Source of the DNA: Candidatus Methylomirabilota bacterium
GTDB taxonomy: Bacteria > Methylomirabilota > Methylomirabilia > Rokubacteriales > CSP1-6
Assembly: GCA_046726415.1 (NCBI GenBank)
Contig: JBKPAK010000210.1
Coordinates: 1 to 16,339, forward strand
Direction: 5' to 3'
Length of the DNA stretch: 16,339 nt
In this document: piece after piece, positions 6,751 to 14,075 of the stretch
Position numbering within the stretch: the stretch's first letter is position 1
Layout: each line of letters starts with the position of its first letter
Program-made: the position numbers and the translations under genes
The notes under the pieces: model-generated
What the model saw: the letters and a program-made list of their open reading frames with translations, nothing else
What the model was told of the DNA's origin: nothing
Databases searched by the model: none

Positions 6751-7773
6751 CTAGGTTCGGCGAGCTCGCCTTCGCAATTGCGCTGCCTCCGTGACCAGCG
6801 CGCGATTCGACCACACCATCAGGGCCGAGCCCGCGAGGACCCGCCGCACCACGGTCCGCGAGATCTTGACGGGTGTTGCGACTGCCAGTGGGTCGGAGTG
6901 CGCGGCCAGGACGGCCAGGGTCCGAAGGCCGATCATAAGCGGCCACGTGCATGCGAATCTCATGCGCCATTCTCGCCGCGGGATGGCCAGTGTGTAGTGC
7001 CAGGCGACGTCGTAGTGCTCGAGGGTCATCGCGAGGAGATTCTCGAAGAGTGGCCGTGCCGCCCGCGTCCGCTCAGCATCGAGGAGATCCCGTGGCGCCA
7101 GGCCCCGAGCCGCTAGCTCGTCGGCCGGCAGGTAGCAGCGGCCGCTCCGCAGATCGCGCGGGACGTCGCGCAAGACATTCGTCATCTGGAGAGCCTTGCC
7201 GAACCGAATGCCCTGAGCACTCATGTGCGCCAGATCCCAGCCTGCCAGGGCGGGGCGGTGGGCCACGTGTAGCGCCGTCCAGAACTCCCCGACGCACCCG
7301 GCCACGAGATACGTGTAGCGGTCGAGTTCCTCCCGGCTCGACAGGGCGGTCAAGCCAGCGGCGTCCTCGCTGGGAAATCTCTCGAGATCGAAGATCTGGC
7401 CCGCGGTAATCGTAGCGAGCACCCGGCGTACCTGGCGACGATCTGCGGCGCTCAGTGCCTCGACGCGCTCCACGGCCTCGCCCACGCGCTCGAGAAGGGA
7501 TCGTTCGGCTAAGTCGACCTGGTCAGTTGCGCATGCCGCCGACACGGCCGCGGTGTCCGTGCTCTCACCGGTAAAGACACGGCGGAGCGTCTCGAGGTGC
7601 CGGAGTCGTTCCGCCCGGGGAATGAGCGGCGTGTCCGCGACGGTGTCGGTCGCGCGAGCCAGCAGATAGGCGAGGCCGATTGGCTCGCGCAGCGACCGCG
7701 GCAAGATGGCGAGCGATAGATAGAAGCTGCGGCTGACGCTCCGCAGGAGGCTGCCCAGCAGCGCGTCAGTCGT
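6751..7773 (-). CDS. Squalene/phytoene synthase family protein (single-enzyme, FDFT1-like type); start codon non-canonical or uncertain
   Basis: LLRSVSRSFYLSLAILP, YLLARATDTVAD, YTYLVAGCVGEFWT, FGKALQMTNVLRD and GRCYLP motifs. Homologous-looking sequence extends 23 codons upstream of the track's TTG (7704) to an ACG at 7773. Confidence 0.88.
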   Translation of the reverse strand, partial: TTDALLGSLLRSVSRSFYLSLAILPRSLREPIGLAYLLARATDTVADTPLIPRAERLRHLETLRRVFTGESTDTAAVSAACATDQVDLAERSLLERVGEAVERVEALSAADRRQVRRVLATITAGQIFDLERFPSEDAAGLTALSSREELDRYTYLVAGCVGEFWTALHVAHRPALAGWDLAHMSAQGIRFGKALQMTNVLRDVPRDLRSGRCYLPADELAARGLAPRDLLDAERTRAARPLFENLLAMTLEHYDVAWHYTLAIPRREWRMRFACTWPLMIGLRTLAVLAAHSDPLAVATPVKISRTVVRRVLAGSALMVWSNRALVTEAAQLRRRARRT

Positions 7774-8062
7774 AATCGTATGGCCGGCGGGGCGGGTCCG
7801 GCGAGTCCTTGGCTTTCTTCAGGCTTTCCCGGAATTTGCGATCGAGCACCTTGTCCTTCTGCGACTCGGCCTGCATCTGTTGCCGAAAGCGCTCCTCGCG
7901 CTCGGCCGACTTGGTGACGAGCTTGCTGAAAGCGTCCCCGAGGCTGTGCGCCTCGCGCCGAGGTGGAGGCTCCTCATGCGCAATGACGGCTCCCAGTTCG
8001 GGGTCCAAGGTGAGCTTGGCCTCACAACAGGGGCAGGTAACGATGAAGCTTGGCGTCGCCAT
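7766..8062 (-). CDS. Small protein with N-terminal CPCC (half Zn-ribbon-like) motif and charged helical C-terminus
   Basis: 98 aa: VTCPCCEAKLTLDP, then a coiled-coil-like segment (SAEREERFRQQMQAESQKDKVLDRKFRESLKKAKD), ending PYDYD; overlaps the synthase gene. Confidence 0.8.
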   Translation of the reverse strand: MATPSFIVTCPCCEAKLTLDPELGAVIAHEEPPPRREAHSLGDAFSKLVTKSAEREERFRQQMQAESQKDKVLDRKFRESLKKAKDSPDPPRRPYDYD

Positions 8063-8068
8063 GCTCCC

Positions 8069-8074
8069 ATTCTA
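8069..8074 (-). promoter_or_regulatory. Candidate -10 (TAGAAT) of a leaderless transcript
   Basis: TAGAAT ends 6 nt before ATG 8062. Confidence 0.5.
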
Positions 8075-8139
8075 ACGGAGCCGGTCCTCCATTCGCCCCG
8101 AAGAATCAAGTCCCGCAGACACGCCCCGAGCGTCGGTAC

Positions 8140-8270
8140 ATCGAGGGGCGGCACCGCTTCGCCAGTGGCCCGGGGGATATCGAGGGGGCCCTGCGTCGCA
8201 GTTCCCAGCGCCGCGCGATATCGAGGGGTCCGGCGCGTCACCCCTCCCCAGCGCCGCGCGATATCGAGGG
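8140..8270. repeat. Degenerate ~41-bp tandem array (4 units)
   Basis: ATCGAGGG recurs at 8140, 8179, 8220 and 8263 (spacing 39/41/43); an exact 24-bp repeat CCCAGCGCCGCGCGATATCGAGGG occurs at 8204-8227 and 8247-8270. Confidence 0.8.
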
Positions 8271-8336
8271 CCGCTCCGGCTTCGCGGGGCGGCCCGAGCG
8301 CAGGCGGGTTTGGGGGGCCCTTTCGAGGCCCCCCAT
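8263..8336 (-). repeat. REP-like palindromic element, copy 2 (inverted relative to copy 1)
   Basis: Reverse complement of 8310-8336 is identical to 6421-6447; it continues with CGCTCGG, a GC-rich hairpin and CCTCGA, as copy 1 does. Confidence 0.85.
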
Positions 8337-8340
8337 GTCA

Positions 8341-9045
8341 TCACAGAGCCAGGTACTGGTGACGGATCGATTCGTCCTCGCGAAACTGCCGTGCGGTGCC
8401 CTGGTAGCGGATGTGGCCCTTCTCGAGGACGTACACGCGATCCGCGAGCTCCAGGCAGAAGTCGACGTTCTGCTCGGCGAGAAGGATGGTGAGGCCGTCG
8501 TCCTGGAGCCGGGCGATCTGCTCCTTGAGGTGTTCTACCACGAGGGGCGCCAGACCCTCCGAGGGTTCGTCGAGGAGCAGGAGCTCTGGGTTTCCCATCA
8601 GCGTGCGGGCGATGGTGAGCATCTGCTGCTCGCCCCCGGACAGGAAGCCACCCCGCCGGTCGCGCAGCTCGCGAAGCGTGGGGAACAGGTCGTACACGCG
8701 CTCGACCGTGCAGCCGCCATGGCGGCGGCGCGCGGCCACGTCGAGGTTTTCCCACACCGTCAGCTCGGCAAAGATGCGGCGGTCCTCGGGAACGAACCCG
8801 ATTCCCAGATTGGCCACCTGGTAGGCGGCGTGGCCGCGAATGTCGCGTCCCTTCCACACGACGCGGCCGCGCGCCGGCGGGGTGAGGCCCATGATGCTTC
8901 GCATGGTGGTGGTCTTGCCCACGCCATTCCGCCCGAGAAGGCACACACACTCGCCCGCCGCGACCTCCAGGGACACCCCAAACAGAACCTGAGAGAGACC
9001 GTAGGAGGTGTAGATCTCCTCGACGGCGAGGACGGCCGACGTCAT
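8341..9045 (-). CDS. livF: Branched-chain amino acid-type ABC transporter ATP-binding protein (LivF-like)
   Basis: GRNGVGKTT, FVPEDRRIF, LSGGEQQML, LLLDEPSEGLAP, LAEQN. Confidence 0.92.
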   Translation of the reverse strand: MTSAVLAVEEIYTSYGLSQVLFGVSLEVAAGECVCLLGRNGVGKTTTMRSIMGLTPPARGRVVWKGRDIRGHAAYQVANLGIGFVPEDRRIFAELTVWENLDVAARRRHGGCTVERVYDLFPTLRELRDRRGGFLSGGEQQMLTIARTLMGNPELLLLDEPSEGLAPLVVEHLKEQIARLQDDGLTILLAEQNVDFCLELADRVYVLEKGHIRYQGTARQFREDESIRHQYLAL

Positions 9046-9782
9046 CGATGCTTGTCTCCCAGGTAGACCCGGCGAACGTCCGGGTCGCGGCGTACCTCGT
9101 CGGGCGTTCCCATGGCAATGACGCGCCCCTGATGGAGCACGGTGATGTGCTGTGAGATGGAGAACACGACCTCCATGTCGTGCTCCGTGAAGAGGAGAGT
9201 CAGGTTGCGCTCGCGGGTCAACCGGTCGATGAGGGCGATCGAGTCGCGCGTCTCGGTGGCTGACATGCCGGCCGTCGGCTCGTCTAGCAAGAGCAGTTCG
9301 GGCTCGAGGGCGAGGGCGATTCCCAGCTCGAGCTGCTTCTGGTTGCCATGGGACAGGAAGCCCGATACCTCACCGGCCTTGCCACCCAGGCCCACGGCCT
9401 CGAGGAGGGCCTCCGTTTCCTCGCGATAGAGGTGCTCGACGGGGGTGAGCAAATCCCAGCCGCGGCCGCGATGGGAGACGAACGCCGCCTGGATGTTCTG
9501 GAACACCGTGAGGCGAGGAAAGATGTTCGTCCGCTGGAAGGACCGCCCCATGCCGAGACGACAGAGATCATGAGGCGCGATGCCGGTCACGTCGCGACCC
9601 TTGAAGACGACCCGACCAGCATCGGGCGGCACGTGTCCGGTGATCAGGTTGAAGAGCGTGGTCTTGCCTGCCCCGTTGGGCCCGATGATCGAGCTGATCG
9701 AGCCCGCCGCGACGGTGAGGCTCACTCCGCCGACGGCCCGAAAGCCGGCGAAACTCTTGGTCACCCCCCGCACCTCAAGCAT
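9042..9782 (-). CDS. livG: Branched-chain amino acid-type ABC transporter ATP-binding protein (LivG-like)
   Basis: Start ATG 9782 (MLEVRGVTKSF); GPNGAGKTT, GRSFQ, LSHGNQKQLE, LLDEPTAG, TEHDM, VYLG. Confidence 0.92.
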   Translation of the reverse strand: MLEVRGVTKSFAGFRAVGGVSLTVAAGSISSIIGPNGAGKTTLFNLITGHVPPDAGRVVFKGRDVTGIAPHDLCRLGMGRSFQRTNIFPRLTVFQNIQAAFVSHRGRGWDLLTPVEHLYREETEALLEAVGLGGKAGEVSGFLSHGNQKQLELGIALALEPELLLLDEPTAGMSATETRDSIALIDRLTRERNLTLLFTEHDMEVVFSISQHITVLHQGRVIAMGTPDEVRRDPDVRRVYLGDKHR

Positions 9783-10752
9783 GACTGAGCGTCCGACCGA
9801 GGCGCCGCCAGAGGGCCGAGAGGGCGCCGGCGATGCCGCCGGGAAACACGAAGAGGAGTAGGACGAGGATGAGGCCCAGAACGAGCGGCCAGTACTGCGT
9901 GTACGACACAATCTGTTGATTGAGCCAGAGTAGCACCAGGGCTCCAATCGCCGGGCCGTAGAAGGTGCCCATCCCCCCGAGGAGCGTCATGATGAGCACC
10001 TCTGATGACTTCGTCCAGTACGCAAAATCGGGGAAGACCCCTCGATTGAAGATCCCGAAGATGCCGCCGGCCAGCCCGGCAAAAACCCCGGCGAGCACGA
10101 AGGCGGCCAGCTCGTAGCGCCGGACGTTCACGCCGATGAACTCTGCGCGCTCGGCGTTTTCCCGGATGGTGGTCAGCATGCGACCGAAGGGTGAGTCGAC
10201 GATGCGGCGGAGCACCCAGAGGCAGGCGCCGACGAGGATCAAGGTCGTGAAGTAGTAGTAATCGGAGATCCGGTAATCACCGAGCCACGGCAGGACGGCC
10301 GCCACGCGATCCACCCAGTCGAAGCTCGGGTACGGGATCTCCGGCATCCCTTGCTCGCCCCCGGTCACTTCGTTCCACTTGAAGCAGATGGCCCAGACGA
10401 TCTGGGCAAAGGCCAACGTCAGCATGGCGAAGTAGATCCTGGTCAGGCGCACGCAGAAGAAGCCGAAGACCAAGGCTGCGGCGCCGGCCAGGATGCCGGC
10501 GGCTGGAAAGGCCAGCACGAACGGCGCGCCCAGCTTCTTCATGAGGATCCCGGTGGTGTAGGCGCCGATGCCAAAATAGGCGGCATGCCCGAAGGACACG
10601 AGGCCGGTGTAGCCCACCAGAAGATTGAGACTGGTGGCGAAAAGTGCCCAGATGAGCACGTCGTTGGCCAGAAACACGTAGAAGCGAGCGCCGCTGGCCG
10701 GCACGCCAAACGCGGTCAGGAAGACGAGGAACGCCCAGGGGACGCGGCGCAT
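9775..10752 (-). CDS. livM: Branched-chain amino acid-type ABC transporter permease (LivM-like)
   Basis: SLNLLVGYTGLVSFGHAAYFGIGAY, YFAMLTLAFAQ, TGGEQG, SPFGR..IRENAERA; ATG 10752 overlaps the livH stop (TGATG). Confidence 0.9.
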   Translation of the reverse strand: MRRVPWAFLVFLTAFGVPASGARFYVFLANDVLIWALFATSLNLLVGYTGLVSFGHAAYFGIGAYTTGILMKKLGAPFVLAFPAAGILAGAAALVFGFFCVRLTRIYFAMLTLAFAQIVWAICFKWNEVTGGEQGMPEIPYPSFDWVDRVAAVLPWLGDYRISDYYYFTTLILVGACLWVLRRIVDSPFGRMLTTIRENAERAEFIGVNVRRYELAAFVLAGVFAGLAGGIFGIFNRGVFPDFAYWTKSSEVLIMTLLGGMGTFYGPAIGALVLLWLNQQIVSYTQYWPLVLGLILVLLLFVFPGGIAGALSALWRRLGRTLSHA

Positions 10753-11636
10753 CACCGGAGCGGACGTCCGAGCAGGCCCCACGGGCGGAGGATGAGGACC
10801 GCGGCCATGAGGGCGAAGACCGCGAAGATCGAAAAACGCGGGAAGAAGAGGATCCCGAACGAGAGCACTTGCCCGTAGACGATCGCGCCGAGAAAGGTGC
10901 CCCAGAACGATCCCAGCCCGCCGATCACGACGACCACGAAGGCCTCCACGATGACTTCAGTGTCCATGCCGGGGACGATGGCGCGCATGGGGCTGATGAG
11001 CGCACCCCCCAGGCCACCGAGGAAGGAGGCCAGCACGAACACCCACATGTAGAGCGCGTCGACGTTGACCCCCAAGGCGCCGAGGGTCTCCCGGTCGAGC
11101 GCGGCGGCCCGTATGAAACGCCCCATGCGCGTCCGCTGCAAGACGAACCAGAATCCGAGCGCGATGGTCGGGCCCAGCAGGAGGATGAAGAGATTGTAGG
11201 AGGGGATGGTGGTGCCGAACAGCGAGAAGGACCCCGTGAGCCCGACCGGCCGACTGAGCGACTTCTGCTGCGTTCCCCAGATGATCTTGGCCGCGTCACT
11301 CAGGATCAGCACGAGGGCGTAGGTGAAGAGCAGCTGGTAGAGTTCCTCCTTGCCGTACAGGTGGCGGAACAATAGGCGTTCGATGACGCCGCCCAGAGCC
11401 GCGATGGCCACGGCCGCCCCGACCGCGGCCATCCAGAACATTCCCGGGCCCGGTCCGAGCCACTGGACGAACTGGTACGCAGAGTAGGCGCCCAGCATAT
11501 AGAACGTGCCATGGGCAAAGTTGAGCACGCGCAGGACTCCGAAGATCAGCGAGAGCCCGGCAGCGATGAGGAACAGGAACATGGCGGCGGTGAGGCCACT
11601 GAGCGACTGGGCGAAGACGAAGGAGAAGTCTGGCAC
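10752..11636 (-). CDS. livH: Branched-chain amino acid-type ABC transporter permease (LivH-like)
   Basis: GLSLIFGVLRVLNFAHG, MGRFIRA, AFVVVVIGGLGS, RPWGLLG. Confidence 0.9.
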   Translation of the reverse strand: MPDFSFVFAQSLSGLTAAMFLFLIAAGLSLIFGVLRVLNFAHGTFYMLGAYSAYQFVQWLGPGPGMFWMAAVGAAVAIAALGGVIERLLFRHLYGKEELYQLLFTYALVLILSDAAKIIWGTQQKSLSRPVGLTGSFSLFGTTIPSYNLFILLLGPTIALGFWFVLQRTRMGRFIRAAALDRETLGALGVNVDALYMWVFVLASFLGGLGGALISPMRAIVPGMDTEVIVEAFVVVVIGGLGSFWGTFLGAIVYGQVLSFGILFFPRFSIFAVFALMAAVLILRPWGLLGRPLR

Positions 11637-11785
11637 GTAAGCCTATGAAAGTGTCGTCGAGTGCACCGCGATCAGCCGGGAGTGGTCGGGCCTCGGGTGA
11701 ACGGCGGCTCGGGGCGGCGTCAAGCGCAACGCGAGGGCGCGTTCGGGGCGATCGTCGGCGGCAACGCGAGTCAGGGGTTTTATTG

Positions 11786-11801
11786 GGGGGCGTCTTCCCC
11801 C
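11786..11801 (-). other. Short hairpin GGGGG-AAGACG-CCCCC just after the solute-binding protein stop codon
   Basis: Follows the stop by 8 nt; followed on the mRNA by CAATAAAA (not a U-tract). A 10-bp direct repeat GCAACGCGAG lies at 11726 and 11761. Confidence 0.4.
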
Positions 11802-11809
11802 TGCTGGCA

Positions 11810-13000
11810 TCAATCCATGAACTTCGTGGGGTCCACGTAGGTCACCGGCTTCATGATCGGGAAGGGATACTGCGCGTCCTTCACCGTCCTGCCGTAGAGC
11901 TGGCCGCGGTTGGCCTGATGGTCCTTCTCGCGGATGGTGAGCGACCCCACTGGCGTCTCCACGGTCAGACCGAGCAGCGCCTTGGCGACCTTGTCGGAGT
12001 CAGTGCCTCCAGCCTTCTTGATGGCCTCGGTCAGAAACTGCATCGCGATGTACCCCTGGATGGCCCAGGACGACGGGTACTCGTCCTTCGTGAATCTCGC
12101 CAGGCGCGCCGTGTAGTCGCGATGGGCGGGCGAGGCGGTGTCCCAGTAGAAGGCGTCGTAGGAGTTGCCCCAGATTCCGACCGGATAGTCCTGGCCCATG
12201 GACTTGGTCGTCTCCGGTGAGCCTGCCTCGCCAAGGCCGATGAAGTTGTACTTGAGGGCGTCGAAGTATCCGAGCGCCTTGGCCTGCTTGGAGAAGGTCA
12301 CGAAGAAGCCGCCCCAAATGGACGACACCACCGCTTCGGGCTTCTTCGCCATCTGGGCGTTGATGAACGGGTTGTAGTCCTGCTCACCGAGCTTCGGCCA
12401 CTGTTGATCCACGATCTGGATACTCGGTTTGACCTTCTTGATGTGCTCGACGAAAGCCCGGGTGACGTCCTGCCCGTACGCGTAGTCGAAGGCGATCGTG
12501 CCGACCCGTGTCACCGGCCACTTGGCCACGATCTCCGCCGCGCTCCGCCCTTCCATGGTCGTCGTGGCAGCTACCCGGAACACGTAGGGATGGAGCTTGT
12601 CGCCGGCGGTGAGCTGGTCGGTCTTGGGAATGGGGGCGATGAAGACGATCTTGTTCTCCTTGGCGACCACGGAGACGGCCGGCCCCTCGGCCGAGGTCAA
12701 GGTGCCGACCAGAAAGTCCACGTTCTCCTTCAAGATCAGCTCGCGGGAGACGCGGACCGCCTCGTTGGCGTCCGCCTTGGAGTCGCGGGTGAGGAGTTCG
12801 AACTTGCGGCCGAGCACGCCGCCCTTGGCGTTGATCTCCTCCACGAACATCGAGGCGCCCTTGGTGGCCGGTTCCCCGAACAGCGCGGGGGGGCCGGAGA
12901 GGGGCATGGGCATGCCGACCTTGACGGGCTTCTGGGCGTGGGCGATCCGGGGTGCCGCCAGAGCGGCTCCCGTCATCACGAGGAAGCGGCGCCGTTGCAT
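11810..13000 (-). CDS. ABC transporter solute-binding protein (LivJ/LivK fold) with Tat-type signal peptide
   Basis: ATG 13000 after a GAAGGAGG RBS; MQRRRFLV...AHA-Q signal; PLSGP..G, INAKGGVLGR, RDSK, DYAYG. Confidence 0.92.
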   Translation of the reverse strand: MQRRRFLVMTGAALAAPRIAHAQKPVKVGMPMPLSGPPALFGEPATKGASMFVEEINAKGGVLGRKFELLTRDSKADANEAVRVSRELILKENVDFLVGTLTSAEGPAVSVVAKENKIVFIAPIPKTDQLTAGDKLHPYVFRVAATTTMEGRSAAEIVAKWPVTRVGTIAFDYAYGQDVTRAFVEHIKKVKPSIQIVDQQWPKLGEQDYNPFINAQMAKKPEAVVSSIWGGFFVTFSKQAKALGYFDALKYNFIGLGEAGSPETTKSMGQDYPVGIWGNSYDAFYWDTASPAHRDYTARLARFTKDEYPSSWAIQGYIAMQFLTEAIKKAGGTDSDKVAKALLGLTVETPVGSLTIREKDHQANRGQLYGRTVKDAQYPFPIMKPVTYVDPTKFMD

Positions 13001-13014
13001 GGAGCCCTCCTTCA

Positions 13015-13135
13015 TCAGGGCATGGGCCCCGGGCTGTCGCTCGCCCACACCCCGTCGGAATCACACTGCGCTCAGTTCTTCAGTCGCGCTGCGTGTGCGC
13101 CCGACGGTGGTTGCGCCCGCTCGGGCCCCGCCTGA
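13015..13135 (-). promoter_or_regulatory. Long imperfect hairpin ending next to the RBS of the solute-binding protein gene
   Basis: Nested complementary arms: TCAGG 13015/CCTGA 13131, GGGCCC 13024/13123, CCGTCGG 13052/CCGACGG 13101, CACAC 13062/GTGTG 13093, GCGC 13068/13086. Confidence 0.45.
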
Positions 13136-13194
13136 ACTGCCCCGTGGGTTGTCCGCCGCCTTGCGTGAATGCCCGACACCGGGCGAACAGCGAT

Positions 13195-14037
13195 TCAGAA
13201 CGCCCGGCCACCGGGGATGTCGCGACGGAGCCGGTACAGTGACGTAGACGCCGTGATGAATAGGGAGCGGTAGTCGCCGTCGCCCCAGGCGAAGTTGGCC
13301 GTGTACTCTGGAGTCTCGACGACCTCGCGGAGGTTTCCGTCGCCGTCGAACACGTGGATGCCTCCCGGGCCGCAGCAATAGATATTGCCCGCGGAGTCGA
13401 GCTTCATACCGTCCGGCGACCCCGGCTTGTCGCCCTTCGTCTCGGCCCACACCCGCCCCTTGATAAGCGCCCCCGTAGGCGTCACGTCGAAGACGCGGAT
13501 GTGCTGGCGGACAGTGTCGTTGATGAACAGCCGCCGCTCGTCCAGGGAGAAGCAGAGCCCGTTGGGTCGATCGAAGTCGTCGATGAGCAATTCCGGGTTC
13601 CCCGGATCGGGCCCGACCCGGTACACGCCCTGGAAAGTCAGCTCCTGCGGCCGTTCCACCCCGTAGAACTTCGTCCGGCCGTAGGGCGGGTCGGTGAAGT
13701 AGATACTCCCATCGCTGCGACAGACGATATCGTTGGGGCTGTTGAGCTGTTTGCCTCGATAGTGTGTCGCCAGAGGAACGATTCGACCGTTGGCCTCGGT
13801 TCGACTGACTCGACTGGTCGCGTGTTCGCACGTCAGCAACTGGCCCTGCGGGTCGTAGGTGAGGCCGTTGGACATGTGGCACGGCTTACGGAACGTCGTG
13901 ATTCCGTCGCCGGCCGACCAGCGCCGCAGATGGTCCCCGGGCATGTCGCTGAACAGCAGGAATTGCCCAGTTGGGTGCCAGACCGGCCCCTCCGTGAAGA
14001 GGAATCCGGTGCCGAGCTTCTCGAACCGCGGACTCAC
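13195..14037 (-). CDS. SMP-30/gluconolactonase/LRE family protein
   Basis: FTEGPVW, FSD, SNGL, LNSPND, YFTDPPYG, PNGLCFS and PDGMKLDSAGN motifs. Confidence 0.92.
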   Translation of the reverse strand: MSPRFEKLGTGFLFTEGPVWHPTGQFLLFSDMPGDHLRRWSAGDGITTFRKPCHMSNGLTYDPQGQLLTCEHATSRVSRTEANGRIVPLATHYRGKQLNSPNDIVCRSDGSIYFTDPPYGRTKFYGVERPQELTFQGVYRVGPDPGNPELLIDDFDRPNGLCFSLDERRLFINDTVRQHIRVFDVTPTGALIKGRVWAETKGDKPGSPDGMKLDSAGNIYCCGPGGIHVFDGDGNLREVVETPEYTANFAWGDGDYRSLFITASTSLYRLRRDIPGGRAF

Positions 14038-14075
14038 CTCTCGATGGGCTCTTCTCGAACCGCTGACTCACCTCT
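14017..14075. repeat. Direct duplication (25 bp, 1 mismatch, 34-bp period) of the tautomerase stop / lactonase start junction
   Basis: CTTCTCGAACCGC[G/T]GACTCACCTCT at 14017-14041 and 14051-14075. Confidence 0.85.

Noticed and set aside
8124-8270. Mini CRISPR array (24-bp repeat with short spacers)
   Set aside because: Only two exact repeats; intervening segments are under 20 nt and resemble each other; no AT-rich leader or cas operon. Better explained as a degenerate tandem repeat.
8050-9066. Long antisense/alternative-frame ORFs over the transporter and other genes (e.g. 8050-9066, 8072-9118, 12404-13135, 13354-14337, 4507-5244)
   Set aside because: They overlap well-supported genes and lack motifs; expected in high-GC DNA with few stop codons.
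13015-13135. SRP RNA, 6S RNA or a known riboswitch
   Set aside because: No SRP GGAA tetraloop/AGCAG signature or recognisable aptamer consensus; kept only as an unassigned structure.
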